A stretch of 64,000 bases of DNA from Raillietiella orientalis (taxonomy: Eukaryota), in the NCBI GenBank assembly GCA_036172245.1, contig JAYWIR010000046.1, positions 434,001 through 498,000 of the forward strand, given 5' to 3'. A program made the translations under genes and the position numbers. Position 1 is the stretch's first letter. Each line of letters starts with the position of its first letter. This document shows, in pieces, positions 26,901-38,500 of this stretch. The notes below the pieces were generated by a model that ran no database searches, was not told where the DNA came from, and was given only the letters and a program-made list of their open reading frames with translations.

Positions 26901-28223
26901 TCCATAAGAATTCCTTGGGATGAGCAAACAAAAATTCGCAGAAGGAAGCCAAATGGAAATTTGTGCCCCACGAATGTTTTGACCGGCTTTGTACCCATGT
27001 GCGGGATGCTAAAAGAACAAATTGCCTACGGGTTTACCTGCGCATCCTGGAAAAGTTCGACTGCCAAACAGTAACGATTGCTGGTTTTCACGGAGACAGT
27101 TCACCCGTGGTTAGCTAGTTAAAATTCTATAAATCTACCTGCTGGCTGCAACTACGTATGCAAATATGTTTGCTTAAGATTTTTGGTCCTTTTGGTTCTT
27201 TTGATAGATTTTTTAGAGACCCGTTTTCTGCAAATTTTTTGCAGCAGCAAAAAAAAACACATTTGTGCAGTGCAAATGCAAACCGGATATGGATAAACAG
27301 CATTGCAACCTATTCATAAACTAAGTAACTTTATGGAAGACCTGTTCAACATCGAATATGTCTGACGTGAGAAACAGCAAAGAGCAAAAACAGGCCTGTT
27401 TTTCTTAGTTCCTTGCTTCGGCCTTGCTATGGAATGGAATGCATGGCGGAAACGACAAGGAAAAAACCACGAAGCAGTCGGAACCAGGAAACTCGATTCT
27501 TTCCGATCCCATGCATGCGTTGCCCACGAAGCACTTGGTGTTTCCATGGGATGTGCTTCAATTTGTAGTGCCAGCATATGATTACACATTGATTCAGATG
27601 GTTATTATGTACACTGTAGCAAAACGTTTCGTTAACGAACTGGATTGCATTTTTGTGAATTATACTTTATGATTGCCTAGGTGTTACTCGTTCCTATGTA
27701 GGTTGACTGAATATAGACTCCAAAACGTTTAAATAGAAATGCCTTTATGCATTTTAGAAAAAAGTTACTCAGGAAATTTCATTTCATAAACTGTGAGTAG
27801 CAATCTTTCGATTGCATACAAGTTCATCATTAATTTGAAAATACACAATTTAAATTTAAGTGTTCCCTGGTCCAAAATGACCTCACGTGCTGTAAGGCAC
27901 ACCATAGTAAACAATGTGATGCAATGTACAAATCGACACGACATCAATGCATAATAATCGTTAGAACAGGCTACGTTTAAGTGCTAACTCTCAACGTAAA
28001 AATCGTTTTAAATTCCATTCTTATCACCTGTGAAGAGCGGAAGATTTATCCAAAGTGCCATTGGTCTTCCAGTCAGTTTAAGTATTAGAGTCCAAAGCTT
28101 CTGGTGCCATTATGATGGTGCTGAAAACGCTGCAAATGTGTTGATTTTTACTTAAAGTACATAATTATTTCCAAATACACTCATTTGAAAGACTGCTGAG
28201 TAGTTTATTCAACGTCCATTAAG

Positions 28224-31200
28224 ATGTTGTGGCTGTTAATTCTAAATTTGGTGCTGTGTCTGTGTGCCCCCACTTGTGGAGCTCTAGGACGAATTCATAA
28301 ATTACGAATCTTCGACGTGGGCATGGAGTACAACAACAAAACACAATGTGAAATATTTGTTTCTCTGAATCCAAGCCACGTTGATTTGGGAACCAATCTC
28401 AACAAGTCCACAATGATGCATGTCCTAATAAGGTAGTTTCTTTTACTGTGATCCATATTTATGCATTTATTTTAATTTAAGCACAAGAATTTTATAATCA
28501 TATTAGCTTGTATAAAAGTACTTTTTTACAAGGGAGAAAATTCCTGCCAATGCAACTACAAACAATTCTGGTCATAATGCACACTGGCAAATTCAAGATC
28601 CCTGGAAAATGAAAATTGAACCAATGAGTTTTTCATACAAAGTGGATGTTGCATTGACAACTAATCTTACAATCTTAGCAACACAAGCAGGTCATTTTGC
28701 AGTCAAACTTATTGTCGAAAATCCCATGAACTGGTAATTTGGAATACAATGAGTTGCTTTTAAAGTGTTAATATTCAAATCTCTTTTGAAAAAATGATTA
28801 TCATGCCAGAATGCATTAGGCAAGATAAGCATAGTTTCTCTCTTGGAACATACCATGTTCAAGTTCAGTCACTGGAGAAATGCAAAAGTGAATAAAAAAA
28901 CAAAATGTAGTAATCTGCTGATAGAATTTAAATCTTATGATAATTTACTCACCATTAATTTGTAAAAATTTATTGTAGCTCTACATCAGGAAATAGGCTA
29001 CAGCTTTCAGTGTGTAAACTTTACATCCTAAATACAATAAGCTATGTTATTGGATGGTTGTATTTTGTTGCATGGTCAGTTTCATTCTATCCACAAGTTT
29101 ATGAAAATTGGAAAAGAAAAAGGTCTGTAACGTCTGCTCAATTTCAAAGTAAAAAATGAAATTGGCTTCTATATTGTTCGGCACATGTGACCAAATGGTC
29201 CAATTAATTTTCAGTGTGTCTGGTTTGAGTCTGGATTTCGCAGTATTAAATGTCACTGGATTCCTTTGTTATTCTCTCTTTAACATTGGTCTCTATTGGA
29301 TAGCTTTCATAAAGGTATTTATGAAATTAATGTTACTATTGAACCTCTGGATTCTCTAGACTTAATATCTAAATGAATTGCAAACAATGTTCAGATTTGA
29401 AAAAAAAAAAAAATACAAATGTCTCACCTTGTATTGTTATGATTTGCATAACACCACAAAGTGGATTTAAGGTACAAAATATTTTAATGTAAGAAATAGA
29501 TTATAGATCAAACATATCTGTAAGATGCGTTCAAATCAAAAAAAGATATCAATTTAATTTAATATGACAAAGAATTCTTTTGTTTAACTTAGTTCTGAAA
29601 TATATACTCAATCAGAATCGTCATGGAGGCTATGCCTGAAACAGTTGAATTAGTAAAAACTTTTGGAAGTAAACAAAATAAGTTATTTGGAAATTTGATG
29701 ACATTTTATAAGTCATTTTTTTTTCAAATCAAAAAAATGAGTTTAAGACTGGTATTTTTTAATGCTGGTGTTTCATTACATGCATTGGATTTCATTGGTT
29801 ACTTAAATGCATGAATTTGAAATCTTGCCTGTTTGGAATATGTTTCTTAAGTCAAGAAATCTTGCAGCACTGATGAATGAAAGTATCATCTCAGATTCAT
29901 ATTTAAAATTAAAACTAATGATGAAGTATTTCACTTGGTTTTTCATGTACTTTGCAGCATGCAGCATTTCAATTTTAACTAAATACCTAAATCTGATTGT
30001 ATACTAAATTGCAATGCTTTGAATTTGCAGATAAATTTGGAATGCTATGAATCATTATATCATACACCAATTCTGAATCCACATCAACATTCTTTTCATA
30101 GTTTTATCACAAAGAGATTTGGGTCTACAAAATGAAACTGGTCTAAAGGGACTGAGACTAAATATTGAGGTCTAAATTATTCATAAATTATGTTTACAAG
30201 ATAATAATCTTCCCAGAAAAGTGCATGAAAATGTTGAGGAATATGGATTCCTACAGTTGGGGAAAATAACCTCTTATAAGACTGCGTACATTGCCTCTTA
30301 CAGAGTAGAAAAATAAGGCTAGCTTTTATTTTACAATGGCATTCTGTGGATCTATTTACACTGATTTTTGTACTTCAAACCTTAAATGTAATGAACTGAA
30401 TCCAACTTTGGCCCTAAGAATACAAAAATCACAATGACAAGTCACCTAAAATTTCCAAAACATTGGGAAAAATTAGAAATGAGTTAAGCGTTTATTATAA
30501 AACATTATAGGTTAAGAATGTTTAACTTTTACAAAATTAACATCTGTAATTACATTTTGAAACACAGCATTTAGCTTAATTTGAAAACTTTTCATGAGAC
30601 AACAATGCTCAAAATTGCATTTTTTTAAATCCCATTTCACCAAGTTCTAGGACATTTTTGAAAATTTTAATTCAGTCTTACATCAGGAAATACAGAATTG
30701 ATTTTAGATATTTAATTGAAATGCTGTAGTTGCTTTTATTTTGGAAATTGTTACTCACTGCATGTACTGATCAATATAAATTGCTTTTTACAGATTACAT
30801 ATCTGGAAAACTAATAGCATTAACTTTTCCTTTTCATATGAAACACCAGGCTGAGTATCATGAACTGCATTCTGGTGAAGACACAGTGCAACTGAATGAT
30901 GTATTTTTCTCATTACATGCATTACTTCTAACAGTGGTACTATTTACACAATGCTTAATTTATGAGGTAAAGTATCTGGATACCTTTGTGAAGAGTTTTG
31001 TAACAAACTCAATTTGTCCTGCAAGTATCCTTTATCCCTGAAATTGGGCATCATACCCATAAAATTGGAAACTTATTTGTGCATATAATTAGTAAACAGC
31101 AGGATGTCATTTGATCCATGAATTTTGAATGCATGCTCATACAAGTGTTCTCTGTAAGGGACTAAAAAGGATCTCCAAAATTTGCAGAGCAGTTCTCTGT

Positions 31201-31731
31201 CTTTATGCTCTTGCAATAATAATAGGAATTATACTAGGTGCTGCTGCAGTCATGCTTTGGATATATTTATTCTACTTATTGTCTTATATCAAGCTTAGTG
31301 TCACACTCATCAAATACATTCCTCAGGTAAAAATATCATTGTTCTCAGGGAATAATACCAATGGTTGCAGCTGTACTACAATTTTAAGAGAAAAAGCACT
31401 CTTGGTTGGAGCATAGGCCAGATTTTATTAGACTTTACAGGTGGCATTGGGAGCATGGTACAGATGCTGATTATGTCCTATAATTTTGGTAAAAGCAACA
31501 ATTAACAACTGTAACAATTTATTTTTTGTAAAGATGACTGGGATTCTATGCTTGGTGATCCAACCAAGTTTGGTTTAGGTTTGATCTCCATACTTTTCGA
31601 CATAATGTTTATCCTTCAACATTATGTATGGTACAAGTAAGTATCTGCAAAATTCCATATTTGGCAATATGCACTAATTTTGCTTTTTCAGGCATCAAGT
31701 GGAAGATCACACTCACTTGGTACAGAGCTGA
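28224..31731 (+). CDS. CTNS: Cystinosin (lysosomal cystine transporter, PQ-loop family), 9 exons, ~399 aa
   Basis: Exons 28224-28432, 28533-28733, 28979-29122, 29215-29314, 30850-30966, 31159-31326, 31371-31488, 31534-31636, 31692-31731, all GT-AG and phase-consistent. Signal peptide, N-glycosylation-site-rich luminal domain, [77 protein letters not shown]. Confidence 0.95.
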
Positions 31732-31825
31732 ATGTGAAGTAATCACAGTTTATGAAACACCTGATTGATTTAGAAATGTGTTTATACAGGTCTTATAACA
31801 TTACTTGATTTACAGTAAATATACC

Positions 31826-32035
31826 TTATTTGAGCTTTTTGGATTTTTTTAAATCACAGACATTCTTGAAATGTTGTAGAAGGCCTGTTTGAAACTGCTC
31901 TCTCAGAAGGAACAGGGATTTAGTCATCAAAGCTGAAGATAATTGTGCTGCTCTTCGGATAACATATGTATTTGATAACTTTTGTACAAGTGCTTCATTA
32001 TTTGCAAGAATTCTCAGAAAGTAACGCACTGCCAT
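31826..32035 (-). CDS. NCBP2AS2: NCBP2AS2-like conserved microprotein, 69 aa
   Basis: MAVRYFLRILANNEALVQKLSNTYVIRRAAQL matches the family pattern L.NNE.LI..L.eSypIRRAAQL recalled from insect and vertebrate NCBP2AS2 homologs. Good AAAATGG start context, a 5'UTR acceptor at ~32052, and candidate upstream donors (gtaagt) at ~33111 and ~33357. Confidence 0.85.
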   Translation of the reverse strand: MAVRYFLRILANNEALVQKLSNTYVIRRAAQLSSALMTKSLFLLREQFQTGLLQHFKNVCDLKKSKKLK

Positions 32036-34486
32036 TTTTACTTATAAGCACCTATATTAAAACAACATATAGAATGGTATTTGCTCAGTAAGTCACTTTG
32101 AACAAGGATCTGTTTTCTCAATGCTTCCAATCTATGGAGTTGTTCTTCTTTATTGTAATCAAGTCCAGGCAACTGATTTATCTATGTTGATAAATTGATT
32201 TGAGTTTGCATCCATCATAATACCGTTTAGACATAATTCTCACGCATAACATAACTACAATATTCATTTTAATTGCAATACAATTCTGAACATTTAATAC
32301 CATAATGGTTAAATGAAGTAGAGACACTCCATAAAGATAATTTTATTTAAAAAAAAAAACCAACTTTGGCAAAAATCTAATTTGCAAGTTTGACTAAGAA
32401 AAATTAAAATTTACTCAAAAGTAAGCATCAATTTTCCTGGGCATTCAACTGAAGTCGCAACATACACAGTGAATTGCAGCAAGTTTCGTGTTTCCTACAG
32501 ATATCTGATACTCCTTTGCATCGATTCCCTCCATGCAAAAATTTTAAAGTTTAACGCAGACTTGGTGCTGAATATAGTTAACAGTACTAGTAATTGCGCA
32601 ACTTATTTCATGTTGATAATTAACTTCAGTGCACTGTTCTTACAGCATGGCATATGCAAAGTAATACGCTACGTAAGTGCCCATATCATGATGATGTTAT
32701 ATTGGCAAATTTCAAGATAAAAGTTAAGATTCAAAAGGAACAACGTTTTATTTAATATCGAATACAGCTACATAATTCCCGATTTTACAACTGATTTCAG
32801 TATTCTACGTTTTCTGGGAAGATTGTTGCGTACCAAAATGATTCGATACGATTATTAGTTTTCTAGTAATATCACATCAGTTTGCGAGGACGATACGAAA
32901 TTGTTGCACGTAAATAAGTACACATGTGAATCTATGTCATCCAAAAATGCTGTTACCCATTTCTTTTGCCCTATTCGCCAGGTTTCTAAAGTGGATTATG
33001 AATTTTACTTTCCAAAATGGAATTAAATTGAAATAGCATGTTTTAGCGATTAACAAAACATAACGATTAACCTGATTCCATTACTGCTCATAAAAAAAAA
33101 AAACTACTTACCTTATCGCGAACGGATTGGAATTTAATTTTCAAATCTAGTATTTTCTGTGCTACGTCTCCTTCCTTCCCGTCTTTTAATTTCAGTGATT
33201 CGTGAATATCCACACTATTAAAAATATCTGAAATAGGTGACACCAAATTAAACAAGCATACCTCCTAACAATCTCATATATCTGGGGTAAAAAATTGAAC
33301 TCTGCATAATCGAGTACCACTGGGCTTCCGTCAGTCATTCTACGTCGAGCAACTTACCGCTACGAGCTCCAGAGAGGAACACTGCGTGCACGCAGGTGAA
33401 GAACAGTTGCTTTGAAATGTGTGAGGTCCTACCTGCCTCTGTTATATTGCGGGATCTATTATCCATACATGCTATTTAGGCGTAATTTTAAATTCGGGAC
33501 ATTCTTTCAGAAACTTACTGAATGGCTTTGTCAGTTTTCGTGGATGTCATAAGTACGTACATAAGATCGATGTGATAGATGCAAAGGACACATCCAAGGC
33601 GAATATGCAATCGCCGTCCATGTTTCATTTTCTCGTAATGGTAGGACGAGAAATGCCGCTATTATGCAGATTTGAATGAATCAGTCCATTTCTTTGTTGT
33701 GAGCGGACTTTTTATATCCTATAAAAACTCTTGGGTATGAATTCCTGCTTATAAGAGGCAAAATACTTCATATGCATAAAAAAATGGAATACATCGTGTG
33801 AAAGCAATTACCATTTTTTAAAAAGGTAATGAGCGAAAAACCTTTTTTTTTGCATGTATAAAGTACTCGAACATTTTCCTCCATATTATCGTTTAATTTA
33901 CTTTCGTTTGAAAAAGATGCTCCACAATTGTCAGCCTTGCTCAGGAGCCATGTTCTCTGTACCAATCTGTCTAGCGGATTTGCGCGATGCAAATATTAGT
34001 CGAGGCCGGAAACGGAGGCATGATTATCGCCAGTCCTGGTATAGCAGCGAAAGCATTCGTTTTTATACCTGTAGAAACGAAAGATTGAATGATCGTTGAT
34101 ACTAACTTTCCGAATTGAATGCATTTTTTTTAATAAGTCTGTTATTAATTTTTGCAAGTTTTCAAATGCTACTGTAATTTTAAAATTCCAAACTGGAACA
34201 TGAAGTCTAGTCATTATTTGAATTCTAAAATTGGATTGGAAGGCCGATTTTTAAATGGCTGTGTTTCTTGAGGAACAATCATGAAGAAGTTTAGAAAAAT
34301 CAGGAACAAAGAAAAGAAGAAGCTTATCATCACGAGATAATGAACTCTTCTGATTTGGTGTTTTGTCATTTAAAAAAATACATCTAACGATAAACAACTT
34401 CACTATCTAAGAAGTTTCGGATTTCGCAAGCTTTGAATAAAAGTTAGAACTTTGAATGAAGAATATTTGTATCAAAACTACTCATA

Positions 34487-34832
34487 TCTGCGTTTATTTC
34501 ATTTTTTTTTTTTTTAAAAGGCCAGTAGCGACCCCCACGAGGAGATCGTTACTATTGGCCTAGGACGATGGAAATCCTTGGGTTCTTCTTTTTCTTCATT
34601 TTTTTCTTTTTTTTTGGTTCGCTAAGTACCTCAGAGCCGGTCGCGTGCCTCGCGGCGCACGTGGCTCTTTTTAAACATTAACACACGGTGTTTTTCCACG
34701 CCCCTCCGCCCGCGGCAACCCGCAGGGGGGCGTGTAATTCTTCAGGATAGGGGCACCCCTGGATGGGGGTCCACCCTATGAATCCAGGAAGGGCTCGGAG
34801 TCCGTTCCTCTCAGCTTCTGCGTTTATTTCAT
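34487..34832 (-). mobile_element. Young non-LTR retroposon insertion (5'-truncated LINE 3' end or SINE) with poly(A) tail and 16-bp TSD
   Basis: Perfect direct repeat tctgcgtttatttcat at 34487-34502 and 34817-34832. The T-run just inside the left repeat is poly(A) on the minus strand. The ~314-bp GC-rich insert sits in AT-rich DNA and contains several hairpins. Confidence 0.88.
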
Positions 34833-37800
34833 CATGTATAAAAATCTCAGTCTTTAATGATGATAGTTTACTGAGACTTAAAGTATACAATACATAAACA
34901 CAAATAAACCATCTCTTCAAGCTTGAATGCTTTTCATTTTTTTACCATCATATACTGTGAAGAAAATCAACTGAAAAGTTAAAGGTCTCATTTTCATTAA
35001 AAGATGTAAAAAAAATTTTCAGCCACTACTAAATAACTATGTTGAAAATAAATAGTAAAAATAATAAAATGAGTTGAAAATAATGGATGTTGCATTGCAA
35101 TTAAAGTAAACTTCTATAACCAAGTAAAAAAAAGTTTCTACTTAAATGAAACTTCATTTCTCCTATCATGGAAATCAAAATGTGTTTAATAAATTTGAAC
35201 ATTCGAGCTTCTTGGTCTTTTATTGAATCTATTGATTGCATGGAAGAAGGAAAACCATCATACTTAACACGGAGTTTTCATTTGTATAAACTTTGTTCTC
35301 TCTGATCTGGAGCTAAAGTGGATCACGCATAATCTGTTACGTTTTAGTCTCGACTTTTTTCCTCATTCACCATTTCCGATTGTTCTTGAGATTTGGCGAT
35401 TTTTTTTCACTTACTACAATCTTCAGATTTTTTAATATATAATTGAGAACCTGATTGTTTAGTTATTCTAAGTTGCTTACTGAGCACTTCTCTCGACGTG
35501 TAAAATGAATACTCAGCATAAAATATCATCCTATCTTATCTTTTCCATATTGTATCGTATACTTCAGTCGAAAAATTTTCTCTTATACCTAATTCCTAAT
35601 CATATCCTTTGCCAATGACATTATTTATGGTGATAAATTATTTTTACGCATGTCACAATTAACACACTCTCTTCTTATTAAACTGAAGATTCTTTCAACT
35701 GATGTTGATTGTTATTTTGTGTCTAATGAAGATCTTATTCACAACGATAACAAACGGGTCATGTATTATTATGTTTTCGTGGATTTCCTCAAGAGTTTAG
35801 TAATAGATGGAAGATTTGCAAAAAATGATGTATAATCACTGATTTCAATAGAAAACTACTATTGAAACAGGAAATGCAGTTTGCATACATTTTTTAATGT
35901 ATCCACTGAGTTTTTTCTTCTTTATTATCTTTCCTTCTTTCGTTCTCTATTTTCCTCTGGATACTATTTTTCCACCACTTTGTTTGTAGATTTAATGAAT
36001 TACATCAGATATCATTTGAGATTACATCATTTTGAGCCCTTCGCAGAAATGTTCGCTTCTCTAATACATTAGAAGTTTTCCTTTCCGCTTGTCATATATA
36101 TTCGTATTGGTAATTTCTGCACACATATTACTCCAAATTTACTTTTCAAGTATGATCAACTTTCATTGATTAGTTTGGAAAATGCAAAGAAGAATGCACA
36201 ATTATTAACAACCTCAGTTCACTCGTATTGTGTTCAGATAATGAAAATCACGAGTGAAGCACAGTACATGCAGCTTACAAGGACAACGCTCTTGGGATAA
36301 TAATGATATTGTAATAATACCATTCTCTAGAAATAAAAGATCAGTAGATGAGCTTTTTATAGAGTTAATTACATCTTCGCAGATTTTAGGTGCTCAAATT
36401 TTTATGAACTAATATCTTTGATCTTTTGAAGTTTAATCAGTTTTGTTGATCTTAATTGAAAACAATGATCACATAGCTAAAAAGCACAAGAATTTCTGAT
36501 GAAACAGTTTGTAACAACCGGTAGATGGCCCAGATTTTCTCAAAATAGGCACAGAAGAAGCGAGCAATGATCTCCCTTATCTATATGAAAAAATGCATTT
36601 CGAAACACTTGCTAGAATTTCTGACTGCTAGTTAGTTTGTTAACAATTTGAGCTGATCTGCTTCTACCTTCGTGCAAAGCAAAGGGAGATTTGAAATGCC
36701 TACATGAAACTTCTGATGAAGCAGTAACTTTGCTTTAAAACTCAAGAGGCATGAATCACTATATCAGATGTGAACAAATTAATTGGTCTTTAGGAAAAGC
36801 GAAGAGACCATGCTGCTTCTTAAAGATAGTATCACATGTTCAGAAAACTTGATTAGAAACTAAAAGACTAGCTTGCTAGTATTAGATAAATTTTGGCATA
36901 AATCATGAAAATACTGAGAGCATCAGCTTTTCTGAATCTTTTGTTCATTACTCTGAGGACTACTCGAAGGGATGACTCCACGAAGAAAGGAGTGAAAAGA
37001 CCGTGTAAAATGTTTTTTTTAGTTCTTTTATTGTAGTACTGCTTTTTGCAATAATATCTGTATTTATCATTTTAATTCTAGTGGGCCACTTATCTGCTGA
37101 TCAGTATATTAAACTCTGTTTTGGAACTGGACAGCATGCTTGGAACTTGCTCCTCTTCTATCAAGCTGAAGCCGGTTGAGCCGGAGTTGCTTCCGTAAAT
37201 GATGATATATTCCTAAAGAGCTTCTTGCAAAAAAAAGTTTTGCATCTGAGAATCCAAAACCAACAACAACAAAAAAAACAATTAAAAAAAATTCACGATA
37301 CCCATTTCCTTATAGCACAAAGGGGTTAACAGCTTTAAAATCCCTTGTAGAAAACGGAGTAAGTTAGTGAGATTAAAATAACAGAATTCTTATTTTCCAA
37401 GAAAATAGAAATACAGTTAGAAATTTTGTTACCAAAATCGTGCTACATTGAAATGCTTTAGCCTTTATGTTCAGAGAGAAATTAAAACACCAAAATCCTT
37501 ACTGATCATAGTTTTCCGAATGCTTATTCGACAGGAGTAGAAAGGTGAGAAACATTTCATAAGAGAGGGGATTATGTGTAAAAGTAAGCTAAATCATTAC
37601 ATGATTTTTAGTTGAGCCTATGCTATAGTTGTAAAAGTATCTCGAGAAAAATCTTTTGGATTCCACGGGAAATAGCGTGCAATGTTTGAGGCGTTTGCCG
37701 ATTTAATAAATTATTTCTCCACGATAATAGTTAACATCAACTAATTTGCGTTTATATTGAGGGATAATTTTTTTTTTCAAAAAAATTGAGTAGCATTTAA

Positions 37801-38500
37801 TCTCATTTTTGTTTCAGATGTTGAATCTTATCTATTCGCTTATCTCTTTGCAGTTTTGAAAGCCATAATTGTTTTGACATTTGTAAGTTATGTACAGTTT
37901 AGAATTGCTCGAATTTCACGAAATTCGGGCGATTCTAAACAAAATACCAACTGTTGTAACAAAAATAAGTAACCAACAGTCGAAGCTGAAGTTCATAAAA
38001 CGATACAATGCATAATAAAACGACAAAGTATCTTCATCATAGATATGAATAATTTGCAGTCGAATGTATAGAATGTGAAGAAATATGTAGGGATCTACTG
38101 TGTATGGTAATTTCAATGCGTTATCACAATTAATGCCGTCAAAATTTGGCGATACCTCCGAATCGAGTAAAGGAAAGTTTCAGGAGATATCAGAGTTGAA
38201 ATTTTCAACATAATTGGATCTTTGCTTAGCTGCAGAATTAGCTTCAAAATAATAGACCTCTGTGAATAATAGACCTCTACGTATACGTACATGATTTCAA
38301 TACTTAAACTAATATGTTACTGCTAATATGCATTATAAAATTATGTTATACAGGGTACTTTTTTTTAACTTTATGTTAATAATTTTTATCATTAGGTATG
38401 TATAGGGACAGTGCCAAAGTGCTTTTATTGCACAGAGAGCGTTAATTTTATTTTGATTTACTATAGGTGGGCTAAGTACATCATTTGATGACAATGCATT

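Larger units (their letters stand above)
17995..27060 (-). pseudogene. Decayed multi-exon WD40 gene, tentatively WDR87/WDR97-like (copy A), apparently spanning the GPCR
   Basis: KPVKTFVGHKF (26957-26989), KVFVRLWKTF in an exon at 25681-25929 with two stops, KLWNALKF (~23125-23150), a clean exon at 22589-22708 (ttcag|...QLSLSGHDGRK|gtgagt), CFNRAHLHPIRALS (22291-22332). Beyond the GPCR there is a single frame at 18240-18730 with three stops and a small exon at 17995-18050 (donor gtaagt). Confidence 0.5.

Noticed and set aside
2516..27060. Assembly/sequencing error as the cause of the broken minus-strand frames
   Set aside because: The interleaved 1.2-kb GPCR CDS and the cystinosin and MTG1 exons are error-free, and many lesions are substitution-type stops; disfavoured but not formally excluded.
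34660..34750. Hammerhead ribozyme-like CTGAAGA...GAAA around a stem on the minus strand
   Set aside because: Extra unpaired bases separate CUGAnGA from the stem, and no stem III/NUH cleavage junction can be built; treated as retroposon 3' structure.
37320..37330. ggggttaa piggyBac-like terminus
   Set aside because: No matching ttaacccc partner terminus was found nearby.
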